This document shows, one piece after another, positions 13,384 through 26,577 of a DNA stretch of 64,000 nt. How positions within the stretch are numbered: position 1 is the stretch's first letter; each line of letters starts with the position of its first letter. The notes beneath the pieces were generated by a model. It worked only from the letters and a program-made list of their open reading frames with translations, was not told where the DNA came from and made no database searches. The DNA lies in the NCBI GenBank assembly GCA_964247055.1, contig OZ176055.1, positions 2,852,001 through 2,916,000 on the forward strand. The letters are read 5' to 3'. The position numbers and the translations under genes were made by a program. The DNA is from Paragordius varius (lineage: Eukaryota; Animalia; Nematomorpha).

Positions 13384-13924
13384 TATATCCGAATATCTAG
13401 GATTATTACGCCTTATCGACCACCATGTGGGAGACTTTTCTTTTTTTTGTATTAAAACTTGATTTATACGAGTGAGGCCAAACACAGTGCTTTGATATGT
13501 GGATTGATAAAAGAAAAACTTGTGATGTCAAAATTAAAGTTGAATGGAAGTACATGTTTTACAAAATATTGCTCAACAGGTCCGATTTTTTGTTTTAAAG
13601 ATCCAATAAATATTTAAAAAGTGCTCATGTATAATATCTACGACAAATGCGTGGCAAGTGAACCATTGCATTAAACCATATTATTATATGGTGGTGTATT
13701 TTACCGAGGGTAGAGTCCAACTCGGGGTGTAAATTTTTTGGTTTATTTAGAAGTATCGTGTGCAAGGTTTTAGGAAAGTTAGCTTCAAGGCCACGTTAAT
13801 GTAGACTTAGACAGATGGTGGATGAATTATATGGGTTCATAGCTTGGAAGAACAATAGCTCCAAAGATACGTTTTATCTGGTAGCTTATTCTAATAAATG
13901 TGCTGGGCTAAAACTCATTCTAAA

Positions 13925-14135
13925 ATTGGGCCCACTATGTTCGGCGCATTCGTAAAATTCTTTATATTTGAATTTAAATCCTACGAGTTTTCCGGAAACG
14001 TGTCTTAAAGAGTTTTTGAAAAAACCTTCACATGGGGTGAGGCTTAACAAAGGCCTTAAATCAAAAAGGTAGCTCGACTATAAAGACGCATTTATATTTA
14101 AAAAATTTCCACTTTTGAATTGGAATGGGCTTAAC
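13925..14135 (-). repeat. Old diverged fragment of the Helitron-associated satellite
   Basis: Contains ACTATGTTCGGCGCA, TTTTCCGGAAA and AAATCAAAAAGGTAGCTCGACTAT, reverse-complement matches to motifs of the 4828-8331 array. Confidence 0.5.
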
Positions 14136-17100
14136 CTTTAACCCAAAAACAATTCTATATATTGATAGATACTTGTGTTATTTAATGTGTAAACTGTAGA
14201 TTTTCGTAAGAAAACTTTTCTAACGGAAACAAAAATTGTGCATTAAGAATTAATATATGGCCTTTTAGATGCAATAACACACCATGAATTTTTTTTAATT
14301 TAATTAATTGAAGTTAAAACAAAAGGAGTTTAAGTACGTATATTATCATACAAACAACGAAAAATGAATAATATCGGATATTAAAAAAATAAAAAGGTGG
14401 AATATGCCAAATGTCAGCATTATATTTAAAAGTAGTTTCAGGCAGTACTTAGAAAAAAAACTGACCTCTTGAATGTGACTGTTTGATTGAGTATCGTTGC
14501 TAAGATCTGGTTCTAATTCCTTGGTGTCAAAATCTAAATATAGATTGAAATAATTACAAAATTATTTGTATATTTTTATATTTCATCCCTAATGTAATTT
14601 TTTAATATATCCAAGTAATCAAAAAATATTAATGTGATTAAAACTCAATACCTTAAACTTTTTATTTTAAAGCATATCATTATAAAATTTTGATTTTTAT
14701 GGACCAAAATGTCAGTATAATATACATAGGCAAATGCAATATGTTACTGAACTTTCTATTGTATTTTACACAACTAACTAAAACAAGGGATGAAACACAA
14801 AGAGATCTGTAGTGTAGTTTAAAGGTAAACAGAGACAGAATTTTACATATATAGCAATAATTGGAAATAGAATTTTCAAAAAAAATTATTTATACATGTA
14901 ATAATTAAATAATTATGGATTGTGTAATTTATGATTATATGTGATTCATCTTCAAACAAAAACAACAAATAATGATAATTTGTAGATAAAACATTACATT
15001 TTATGGTTAAAAAGGTAAACGTACGCTTAATACAAATTCTAAATAAGTAAAATGATGTATATATAATTTTATACTTAGTCATTACATATAATGTGCATTA
15101 AACAATTTTGCAAAATTAAATTTCGTTCGTTTAAATTTAAAGAATAAAATTATATTATTAAAAAAAACATTATGTTTTGAAAAAAATGTAACCGATTCAA
15201 AAACTAAAGTATACCAATTATTTACTAACTTATACGCCATCCAAGCTTAAATGTTACCTTATTGCAATTATAATTAATTTAAGTTTGATAAAAGTGGCCT
15301 GTTATATTCTTTTTATTATTTAAAAAAGTGAACTATCCCAAGTGAGAAATTTAAACAACTCTTTGTGACAGTAAGATTGTTGAGAGAATTTCAAAAACAA
15401 TGATATTTCATGGGGCTTAATTAATTTTTTAGGGGCATACCAGCTTAATAAGGTGTTTTTATAAGCCTGACTTCAAATTCCGCAAAATAAAAAATTAAAA
15501 TTTAATAAACATGAATAGTGTCTCCTACCTACAAATATAGTAGATATTTAATCAATTTTAAAAATATTTTGCCGTAAAATCAAAAATTTTTATGATAAAT
15601 ATAGCGTTTGGGTTTTCATGTAAAGTAATCGAATTCAGTGTTATATATAATAATTAAAAAAATCATTCTAATATAATTTTTGTCAATGACACCCATGATG
15701 AATTTTAATGGTTATCCATTTTCTACAAGGGTTTTTTATATAATTTAACTTAATATAGTAGTACAAAGTTTTAAATAAAATATACCATTCATTATCCAAC
15801 GTACAAAAATGTGAAAAAAGTATCCTTAAAAACTTTACTAGGGATGGACAAAAAAATCGTTCCGAATTTTTATATGTACCTATGCGCGGTAATTATCGAA
15901 GGACAATTTTGTAACAGACATATATATTGTGTTCACATTTAAACGAAGCCAAAAATAGTTTACAACTCATTCAGAGATAATTATATTCAAAAGATATCCC
16001 AACATTAAAATTATTTAACAGAGTAGCAAAGCGTCATATATATGATTTATTGAATTAAACATCCTCATTGGTATGTTTGTAATTATTTCAAAAGCAAAAT
16101 TTAATTTCAAGAAAATTTAATAAAAAATATTTAATATGCAATACTTGACGAAAGAATTAGCTATATAGGTGCAAAGGTCAAAATTATATATTAAACCGAG
16201 TACGTACATAAATACCATAAAAGTTATTTTTAATCATCAAAGTTATTTTTAACTATTAATTTTTTGATTAACAACTTTTCTGAAAGTTAACAATGTAACG
16301 CATGCATTTCCGTTACACATTTTTGATTGCTCTAAAACCTATATCCAAACAGACTGTGATTACGTTTGGTATAATTAAATATACATCAAACATTACAATA
16401 CTAATTAAAGTTAAAAAAATAAATCAAAAATTAAATAGGTGCACACATCTATAAATATTACTAACTAACTATTCTTGTATTAAAAGATAATAAATTGTTG
16501 TTTGATCATAGAAAGTTCGCTATTAAGCAACTTACTTATAGTTATAGTATAGTTAAACGGGTTATACTCTGTATACTATTATAAAGTACAGTGTGCATAT
16601 ATCATAAACTACTTTGAGGTTGATTTATAGTTTTTGCTACATAAAAGTTTATATATTAATAAAGATAGACCTGATTGCAGCATAATTAAAGAATAAAAAA
16701 TGTTCAATAAAAAAGTTTAACTGCCACAACAACACACTTATCCGCAAACTAAACACATGCTGTGTTTAAACAAACTTATCGAACTTTTTAAATAGAATAT
16801 AAGAATCACTAAATTTTAATTATGATAGAAATATTCCAAGTATCATTATTGCAACAGAGGGTGCGAATATAAAATCTTTAAAGTTATAATTCCAATAGAA
16901 TAATAAAATGAGTTTAATTTCTATGCATGTATCCAATTACAAATCCATTTATATACGTCTGATGATTGCATAAAAATTAAGTATTAATTTTCAGATCTTA
17001 CAAATTTAAAATATAATCATCGTTATATTTTAATGCAACGCAATCGTCCGGAAATATTTTAAAAGCTTAATATAAAATAAAAATTTAATGTATTTATAAT

Positions 17101-19275
17101 TATTAAAATATGTTATAAATTCTCCTCTGGTTAATTAAAAATTTTAAACAAAAATTATATAATATATGCAAAATGCAGACACTCAGGATGGCCAAAGGGA
17201 ATAATTTTTTATGGCTCTAGTTTAAGCAATACAATATGATAATTTGCCTAATATGAAAAATCCATAAACATTTAACCCAAAAAATACGTAATAAATATAT
17301 TATTGATTTTTGATAGAATTGAGGTTTAGATTATATTTTATTTTAATAATATTGTCGAACTAATTAAAAATATAAAATAAATAAAAACCTGATTTGCGAA
17401 TGACCAAATTTGAATGTTGCCAAAAAATATATTTATTCTAATGTTAATTTAAAAAATGTCAAAAATAATAATTATCCTAATAATATGAGAACAAAGAAAA
17501 TGTAAACATGGAATAATATTTTGTCATAATAAATGAAATAACATATGAAAAGAAAATGTTTAAATTTAAATAAATGTAACTTGTTTTCCCAGTTATCTAT
17601 AACTTTTTGACGAATAGAATGCGTGGTTTTCAAATGAAAAAATAAAAGTGATGTTTAAATATATTAAATAATATATTAATATATGTCTGTTTTCAATAGA
17701 TATTGTTAATGAGTTATTTATTTATAATTAAAGTTATATTGATGAGTATGTAAACTATGTTATATATATTATTATAAAAAAGTTTGTTCCTGTTTTGAAA
17801 AAAAAATATTGAAAGTTAGAATCAAAAAAAGAGTATTGAAGAAAATATGTAATATTGCTTGCTATATATCTAATTAATTGTATCTATTTTATGCAACAGA
17901 CAACACACATCCTTTTGAGGTATGTGCGGAAAAAATTAGGTTATATATCTATTTTATAAAAATTTAAAATGTAAAAAATGTGAATGTTACAAAATAAATT
18001 ATCTACCTTTGATTACAGAAAGATGAAAAATAGATAATATAAAAAATATGAAGCTTGGGTAAGTGGTTTAAAAGAAAAATGAAGATAGAAAAAAGATGCG
18101 TAGCTTGCTCAGTGTGGTTTTATGAATGTAAAACAATAGCGTTTTTTATTTGGCTTCTTTTGTAAAATAAACCATATTAATATAATAGCCATCCACGGAA
18201 CATATTTATTACAATTCAATGTTAAAAATACCTCAATACTGCCATCTTTTATATTAATTTATATATTTGCAATTTATCATTACACAATTGTATTTTAAAA
18301 AGGGAAGGGAGGAAAGGGATTATGCGTACGCAAGATGGAACGTGTGTTGGTTTATGTAATATCGTTAATCTTAGAAATTGATTTGGTGTAAATTAGACAA
18401 AAGTACGCATAAAAAGTTTGATAGGGATAATTTATGTAAATAACATACATATGTTTTTTAAAAGTTCATTTGAATTAAGAATTTTTAAGTGTAGGCATAG
18501 AAGACATGCGTGCTAATGGATTAATAAAATATAAATACACATAGAATATAGTAGCAATCTGTTAAGGTGTAATAAAGATATAATTTTTTCATATCTTTTA
18601 TCAATGTTAGAAATAAACGCTTAATAAGTTAATTGGTTAACGCAATACTTTTTTTTATTACAACACGTCTTTATTCCCAAATGACATCTTAATTAGTATA
18701 TGTAAATGTATTAAAATCATTCAATTTCATATTTTTAACGGTTCTTATTTTTAGAATTTGTTATACATTATTTCCAGCATAACCGGTTTTGGCTTCGTTT
18801 TTAAATGTGATGAGCTTCAAATTCTTTATTATATTTTTCACCGAAAAAGTAGGCTGGACCCAATGCTTCCGTTTCCAATCTAGGAGAAAATGTTAGTTCG
18901 TATTCAATATTAGTCCGATGGTTATGTTTTTGGTTTGATTTTTTATTACAGTTAGAGTGGGCCCCCTTTAAATGTCTCATGCCTTTTTAATTATATAGCT
19001 CATGTTGATCATCATGCACTTTTGCAATTAATTTAGGTAATCATTTAATGTGAACTCCAACAAATTTACTAGTTGGGTATTATGAAACAGACATAGCGAA
19101 AAAATATTAAATTCAATCATATTTTATTGTATAAAATATTTAGTATTATTTTATATTATACATCAGGGGTCACCAATCTTTTTTCCCACGAGCCACTTTT
19201 TTGGGAAATTTCACGCGGGCACGTATGTATATTATATTAAAAGATTCTATCACTTCAACACAAATGATGCAAATA

Positions 19276-21095
19276 CACTGTGTGCAAAAAAGAGGGTCAT
19301 TTTGATTTAACGAAAAATTTTTTTTTTCATAAGATAGTTTATGACCAGCGTATTCATTTGCCGCAAAAAATTTTATTTGATGACAACCTAGTTTTGAAAT
19401 ATTGAGAGAAAATCAAAATCGGGCAAAAGTGAAAATTAAGGATAATTAAGGATAATTCAAAAAATATTGATAAAATCTGAAATATTATCGTAATTATCAT
19501 TTTAGGAGATAATTTCAATATATAACTAGCCTAAAATCATATATTTAGGGTTTCTATGAAATTTCAGGTCAAAGAATGGCGTTTTTCTTATATCACACTA
19601 AAAGACAAAAAAATTTTAATGAAACTATATTAAAATATTTTTTTTAATTATTTACTACCTATACTCACTATTAAAATCTTAACATTCATATTTTATTTAG
19701 TAAAATAAAATTCTAAATGAAAATAAAACCAAAAATATTGTTTTTTATTTTTGTATTTTTTTGTCATCTGGTTTATGAGTGTATAAAAAAATATACTGTT
19801 TTATTTGGATTCTTACATGAGTGGGAATTATTAAGTATATAATTTATGCAAAATAGGATTTAAAAGTAGTGGAATATTAACCATCAATCCTTACAAATCC
19901 CTGTAACAAGTCTGATTTATGACAAATTAATATTTGTGTTGAGATTTGAACGGATTTTTGGTTATTCCACTAATTTTCAATCCTATTTTGCATAAATTAT
20001 ATACTTAATAACCACTCATTAAGAATCCAAAATTAACAGTATAAATTTTTTATATACTCATAAAGATGACAAAAAAATGCAAAAATAAAAAACAATATTT
20101 TTTGGTTTTATTTTGATATAGAAGTTTATTTTACTGAATAAAATATGAATGTTAAGATTTTATCACCTCGATTCAAATTGGGGTATCTAAATACCCCAGA
20201 CTAAATTTGAGTTATTTTTAAAAAACTAATGAAGAAAACGGTCCTAATTTAAATTTATGCTTCTATCCTAATAAAAATTATATAAATATGCCAAAATATT
20301 TAAATAAAATTTTGTTTTGAAAAAAAAGTTCCATGTTATTTCGACGCCATTTTTATTTTACAAAATTTTTGAAATATTGTTTTCATTTAATTTTAAGGGT
20401 AAAATTAAAGCTAAATTTTTATTTAAATTACATTAAACATTGATAGAAATAAAAAAAGCTGTTTATATTGTATATTTTTCAGTCGCACGCATGCCACGTT
20501 GATTAAATTTTTACCTTTCGGTTTTAGCTTAAAATAAGTAATATCAAGTATTTTTGAAATTTTTTTTATATATATCGGTTAACTAATGTTATATAAGTAC
20601 AAGATTTTGCCATGGTTTTGATTACTTCCATATTTTTTAAAAAATTTAATTTTAAACAGGCCTAGGGTATTTAAGTACCCCAATTTGAATCAAAGGACTA
20701 AAATGAATGTGTTGTATCCAAGTGTTAATAGTGAGTTTAGGTAGTAAATAATTAAAAAAAACTATTTTAATATAGTTTCATTATTTTTTTGTCTTAGTGT
20801 GATAAAAAAACGCCATCTTTTGACCTGAAATTTTATAGAAACCCTAACTATATGATTTTAGGCTATTTATATATTGGAAATATCTCCTAAAATGATAATA
20901 AACGATATTATTTCAGATTTTATCATTATTTTTTGAATTATCCTTAATTTTCACTTTTTGCCCGATTTCGATTTTCTCTCAATATTTTAAAAACTAGGTT
21001 GTCAATAAAAAAAAAATTTTGCGGCAAATGAATTTACTGGTCATAAGCTATATCATGAAAAAAAATTATCGTTAAAAATTTTTATGCACACAGTG
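19276..21095. mobile_element. Long foldback (palindromic) element with ~610-bp arms
   Basis: CACTGTGTGCA at 19276 and TGCACACAGTG ending 21095; left arm 19276-19890 is the reverse complement of 19950-20160 plus 20725-21095; flanks AATA / AATA. Confidence 0.75.
20166..20696. mobile_element. MITE with ~31-bp TIRs inserted in the right arm of the foldback element
   Basis: CCTCGATTCAAATTGGGGTATCTAAATACCC versus rc CCTTTGATTCAAATTGGGGTACTTAAATACCC; interrupts the palindrome arm; TSD not clear. Confidence 0.65.
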
Positions 21096-21820
21096 AATAT
21101 ATATCTCTATTTACGGATTGGGGTGACTATCACAGGCCATTTTAAAATAAGTATAATAAAAAATAATTATTTTTAAAATACTAAAACATACACATTATTC
21201 AAATTGAATTAACAATGGATGATTAACTGTATATCTTGCGATAAATTTTAGATGATGAGGTAAAAAATGGATTTTCTTTGCAAAGATCTTTAAATCCTAC
21301 CGATTTTATTGATAATTGCATACCAGGTTTTAAATAATGGACATATGCTTGAAAATAGTGAATTTCATCAAATAGGAAAGAGTATTTATTGCGCCGCAAC
21401 TTTGAGCAATCGAAAGGAATGTTGATAGTTAACTAGTTAATACAGATGCAAGATGGTTAAGTCTTGCTGCATTAGAAAAATAAGGACAATTTTTACTATA
21501 AATATTCACTCATTTCTCTAACATTTTTCTGGCTTTTATTTTCTAAGGAAACCATAAATGATAAAGCTCGAATAAAATTGATATGGATAATAACTAAAAT
21601 ATAACAAGAAATTATTTCAAACACAAAATAAAAATAAATTATAATTATGTGGAAAAAAAATTTGATGCAAAAATATTTTTCCCCTTTTTTAAAATTTTTA
21701 AGATGGTCACGTTTTAAACCTCGCCACCCCTGTTATATATTATTAAATGCAATTAATAAGGAATTTATATGTTTTTTAAATGGTCATAATGCGAATAAGA
21801 GCCATGTATTTTTTTCATAA

Positions 21821-21938
21821 TATTGTGGGCAATTTGCAATGCAGTTGTGTAGTGAAAAAAGAATGTAAGAATATATTTATTCAACATTTTGTTGTTTTTT
21901 CCATACATTTCTGTGTTGCAAATTGCCCAACTATAGTG
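21821..21938. mobile_element. Small MITE with inverted ends TGGGCAATTTGCAA (possibly Transib-like, right end CACTATAG)
   Basis: Inverted match 21826-21839 versus 21917-21930; left terminus degenerate; no TSD seen. Confidence 0.35.
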
Positions 21939-22230
21939 TGAAATAGGTAATCCTCATTTAGGCTACAACGAATTGTATAACTAGAAGTCTTTTCTTGCCG
22001 TTTCCAATACTTTTTTCTAAATATAAAATTTAAATTTAACCTTAAAATTTAATTAATATATGAATTGGTTTTTGATATGAAACATTTTTTTAAAATTTAT
22101 ATTTGAGTGTGAGTAATTCCGCAATAGATACATAAATGCATCCATCATTGTTAATATATTTAAAAGGTCCTCTCGATTTTCTGCTTTTAACAGTATCAAA
22201 TACAATTCATTTTTCACTCCTTCATTTAAC

Positions 22231-23901
22231 CGCTTGATAGCCCCCATTTGTAGCATCGAAACTAGTCGTAATGTTTTCAACTATTTTTAATTTGCCATTT
22301 TAATAGAAATCATAAAATTTATATTTATAAGGTGAAATTTTTTTGGATTTAACAAAATAGTGATTAATTTTGACTATTCAAGGTAAATAGTTGTGTGTTT
22401 TAAAATCAAATAATCATACCTCCACTGCTTTTGACATCGGTTCCCGGTTGATTAACATTTAAACAATTATTTTCTTTAGTAAAATCATTAAATATGTTTG
22501 TTTGACAAGATAAATCCGGAGACGCTGGCAAATTCCGCTCTAAAGGGATTATATCGATATTTTCCGATTTGCAATCTAAATTATTCTCTATATCCTCTCT
22601 AGTTATTATCTTTTTGAAATAATTATTATCAACATTCTCGTCGCGATATGAAATCTCATTTTTATCCGAATAAGATTTCTGATCAAAGTGTTCATCATTT
22701 TCGCTTGTTGTTAAGCTTGTGCAATCACAGTTATCCTCAACTTGATTATTATCAAAATGTTTGAGTTTAACATTATCAACATTTTCCGTATCGTTGTGAT
22801 AATAATCATAATTATTATTATTATTATTATTGATAATTTGATGATCCTCAACAATATATTCATTTTGAATATCCGATTTAGGCCGAACTCCCGCTTCATT
22901 TTCATACAACAAATACTCATGTATATCAGTAGTATTGGTATTTTGTTCATTGCCTGTTTCAAAGTTTTTAAATTTATCCGTATTAACGATTTTCAAGGGA
23001 TTATGTTCGAAAGAATCACCAAAAGCATTCAAATGTTGTGGTTTACCAATAATGTTATTAATATCATGATCTCCGGATATGGCATCGTTGATTACTCCAG
23101 AATCATTCATTCCATCGGATTTTGGGCTCGACAAATTTTTGGTCATACATTTAGTTTCCAACGCCAAAGTTGTTTTATCATCGTAATTTAAGCTTTCTTC
23201 TTCAAACAGTGATACTTTATTCTTATCATATCCATTTTCTTCAAGAAAGTTATTATCGTCATCAAGATTTGAAGAAATTTTATTTGTTTGGCTGACTGAG
23301 CTAACAGAATACTCAACATTTAAAGCGTTTTGGGGTGAGTCGGTGTTTAAACTGCTGGGACTATCTGCAGTTGAGTCATCATAAGTGGTTGAATTAAAGT
23401 TTATCAAAGAAAAATTTCGGAAGCCATGATTTGATTGATAATTATTTTGTGGTATATCCGAGGATTCGGAAAATTTATAATGTCTCCCAATAGAATCACA
23501 GGAATTTTGGTCGTCATCAGATTTTGGTATAATAGGTGCATTGTTGAACGGGATTGGTTCTTGGAAATCAGTTGTAATTTTATCAATGTTCATTTCATGG
23601 ATTATCACATCATCTTTATCATTATGATAAGGCCTCTTAGAATATTCATATTCATTTAACTTTGGCTGTGAACGGATGTACAAGGGTTCATTGGGAGAAA
23701 ATATACCTTTATCCATATTGTTATCATACGTTAGACTAGAAGAATCCATATGGAATAACTTATTGGGCGGTTCATTCGAATTCACGTTGTATAAGGTTTG
23801 ATTTTGGTGGTCAAAAAAATTTGACGTGAGCGAAAAATCATTGGTAACGGAAGCATCGAAACTTTGACTATTATGGAATGCTGGTTGATTATTTGTTGTA
23901 T
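22231..23901 (-). CDS. Tau/MAP-like gene, large acidic Asn/Asp/Ser-rich projection-domain exon (23901-22420) and 50-nt exon (22280-22231)
   Basis: 1482-nt open exon with acceptor ATAATAG|AT and donor G|GTATGA (phase 1 to 1); next exon (V)ENITTSFDATNGGYQA ends at GCG|GTTAAA in phase 0, compatible with exon 9562. Linkage to the tau exons is inferred from phase and strand. Confidence 0.65.
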
Positions 23902-24367
23902 CTATTATCAATGTGTTTAAAAATTAAATAATAATCAATATTGAGATTATAACTCAGCTATATAATTGACTGTATTTATTAAAGTGAATCTTCAATTACT
24001 ACAAGTACTCTTTGTCAAACATAAAAATAAAATTAAAATATGACCTAAAAATATTAAATGTTTTGAAAAAAGGCATTAACGGTATTTTAACATCCCTCTT
24101 GTAGTTGATTACAATTTATATCTGATGATATAATTATGGTTTTTTTTAATTTATATATAAATAATGAAATCGTCTTATTGGTTTTGGAACTTAATTTTTT
24201 ATAATTTAATAATTTTTCTCTAAAATTAATATTTAAAATTAGATTTCTTTTGTAAGATTTATCATTATGGTACGGTTTTATTCAACTATCAAATTCTCTA
24301 TGAGCATAAACCGCAAAAAATTATTTCCTTTTGGTTTCAAAGTTTAGTACAAATGGGACCTTTTATG

Positions 24368-24602
24368 CAGAGGCGTAGGTTACATTTCTGGCGCCCCCTC
24401 CATGCGACCCCTTGCATTTTAAGAAAATAATCGAATTCAAACCCCGGGCATTACCACTCATTAATGGGTGAATTTTTTATGTATTATTTAAAATAATAAC
24501 TTTCAAATAACTATTTTTTTTAAAAATATTAAAAAATTTTAAAATCCGGCGACCCTTCAACTATGGCACCTGGTGCATCAGCCCCCTTTCCCTACGCCTC
24601 TG
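24368..24602. mobile_element. hAT-type MITE (235 bp)
   Basis: Perfect 12-bp TIR CAGAGGCGTAGG / CCTACGCCTCTG; 8-bp flanks CTTTTATG and TTTTTATG (7/8). Confidence 0.85.
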
Positions 24603-26577
24603 TTTTTATGGATTTACGTAAACTTAAGGCAAGTAAAAATATATCCATTTTATATCAATCCCCTAAGGAAGAGTCTGACTCGTGTTGTGTTATAGGCATA
24701 AAAATCCTCAAAAATCCCCAAAAATTGTCATTTTTCCTGAGATAATTTTCTTAAAACCCAAATATTGTCGTTATATAACTCATTTATCTACAAATATATT
24801 TGTAAAGATTCAGCAATTTATCTACATATAAATAAAATTAGGTCCCCTTGTCATCAATGAATGGGAAAATATAGCCTGGTTCTTATATTATAAATTAGTC
24901 TTTATATAATTTTTTTAATATTACTTGCGCTTAGAGACTTTAAAGTCCGATAATTTATCAGTCAAAATTAATTATGTCTCTGCTTTTGCATCATAAATAA
25001 TTAGGTTGTCATTTTTAATTTTTGGTGAAAACTAAAAGTCCAACACCCAGCCTGCCGTGCCCTTTGAGGAGACCGCGAATATGAAATATTAGGAGCATTT
25101 TACCATACTCTTAAATAATAAGGAACCTATATTTAAAAATCTGTCAAATTTTGGGATTCAGTATTTACTGGGGGTATCAAAATATTTTGAATCAGAAAAT
25201 AAACTTATTTTACGCCTGAAAACGTTATTTTATAGTCTCAAAAGTCTCAACTCCATACGTGTACATTTGTAGAGAAGTGGATAATAACATGAGGCGACCA
25301 CTTAAATAAAAAGATTTTGTCATCAGATTTGATGACTTAATTATGTTTTTAGATACGTTCACTTGTCTCTCATTTTATTTTATATAAGTCAAGGAGATAT
25401 GGATATTTAAAACCTTTGTCAAAATAATAAGTAATTATAAATATGCAAATGAATACGATTTATATTTGCGCATAATATCTTGAGTTAGTAAAGATATTAG
25501 CATAAGATTATAATGGAATATACAATAACAAGCCTTTGAATATTTTTACAGTTTATGTCACTGGTATTCAAAGCGTGGCCTTAGGGGCGCACGTGCCCAA
25601 AGATGTACTTATTCAGATTATAAATATCTGCATATGTGTCAAACAGGTAATGTAAAATTTTTCGGTATTATATGATAAGCGCCAGCCCATTAGGTAAAAA
25701 ATATGTTATTATGCCTCTCGAATTTTTTGGATGAATATCATCACTGGTTTATCCAATATATTTATATAAAATATAATTTGTTGAGGTTTATGATTTAAAT
25801 CGCAATCTATTTAAAAATGTCGTTAAAAATTAATTAGATACCAAGGATTTCTTGCAAGTGCTTTTCTCTCAAATTAGCCTTCCAAGAAATTTATCATAAA
25901 AAAGTTTTTATACACGAGGTTAGACAGAGCATAAAATCGATTGGTATAACTGAAAATTACCGCTATTTAAGATGCATGAACTCTTGATTTTAGGGCTTAC
26001 GAATCTTTTAAAAAAGTTATTTTTACTTTTGTTATAATTTCTCCATAGTCACAAAAATTAATGATACATGTCGAATAAATTGGTAAAAGCAAAAAGCTTA
26101 GGAAACAAAATATTATATATATTAAAAAAACTATAATTAAATTAATTTTTTATTAAGGGCCCCGTCAAATGTTTTGGCATCAATGAGCTAGTTATTTGAA
26201 ATATTCGCAGAAGTGCCGATATTGCCCGATAACAATTTTTAAATAAATAATGCTAGATTATATCATAAAAAGTTTTTCGAAAAAATGATTACTTTAATTT
26301 AAGATTTAGTGAAATTATGGTGAAGCGTATTTTTTTATATTAAATTTAATCATATTAAGTTGTATTTTAAACATATTTTCCTATATCGATGTCTCTGAAG
26401 ATTTTGATCCATATTTTCGATTAGATTCGTTCATAAATATAAAAAATATATTGTTTTTTTAATTTTAACCCAAGATTGAGAGCAAACGAATGTTTATAAC
26501 TTCTAAGGTGATGGAAATCTTCAACAAATCATATTATACTAAAAAGGTGCTTTCATAATATTTTAAAATGTGTTTAC

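Larger units (their letters stand above)
19164..21732 (+). mobile_element. Buster/Charlie-type hAT transposon relic (host of two nested elements)
   Basis: Termini CAGGGGTCACC / rc CAGGGGTGGCG; 8-bp flanks TTATACAT and TTATATAT (7/8, central TA as in the Buster nnnTAnnn preference); transposase relic IVNFIK...TDARWLSL at about 21350-21470. Confidence 0.75.

Noticed and set aside
17900-18070. Plus-strand exons suggested by strong donors (GAG|GTATGT, GG|GTAAGT)
   Set aside because: The candidate exon before the second donor has stops in all three frames and no coherent gene model could be built; a non-coding transcript cannot be excluded.
22053-22280. 75-aa ORF MKTLRLVSM... as an exon
   Set aside because: Its frame is incompatible with the phase-1 donor at 22420; the compatible frame gives the 50-nt exon instead.
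22711-23659. Overlapping Ile-rich ORFs in other frames of the large exon
   Set aside because: Alternative-frame or antisense readings of AAT/GAT-rich coding sequence.
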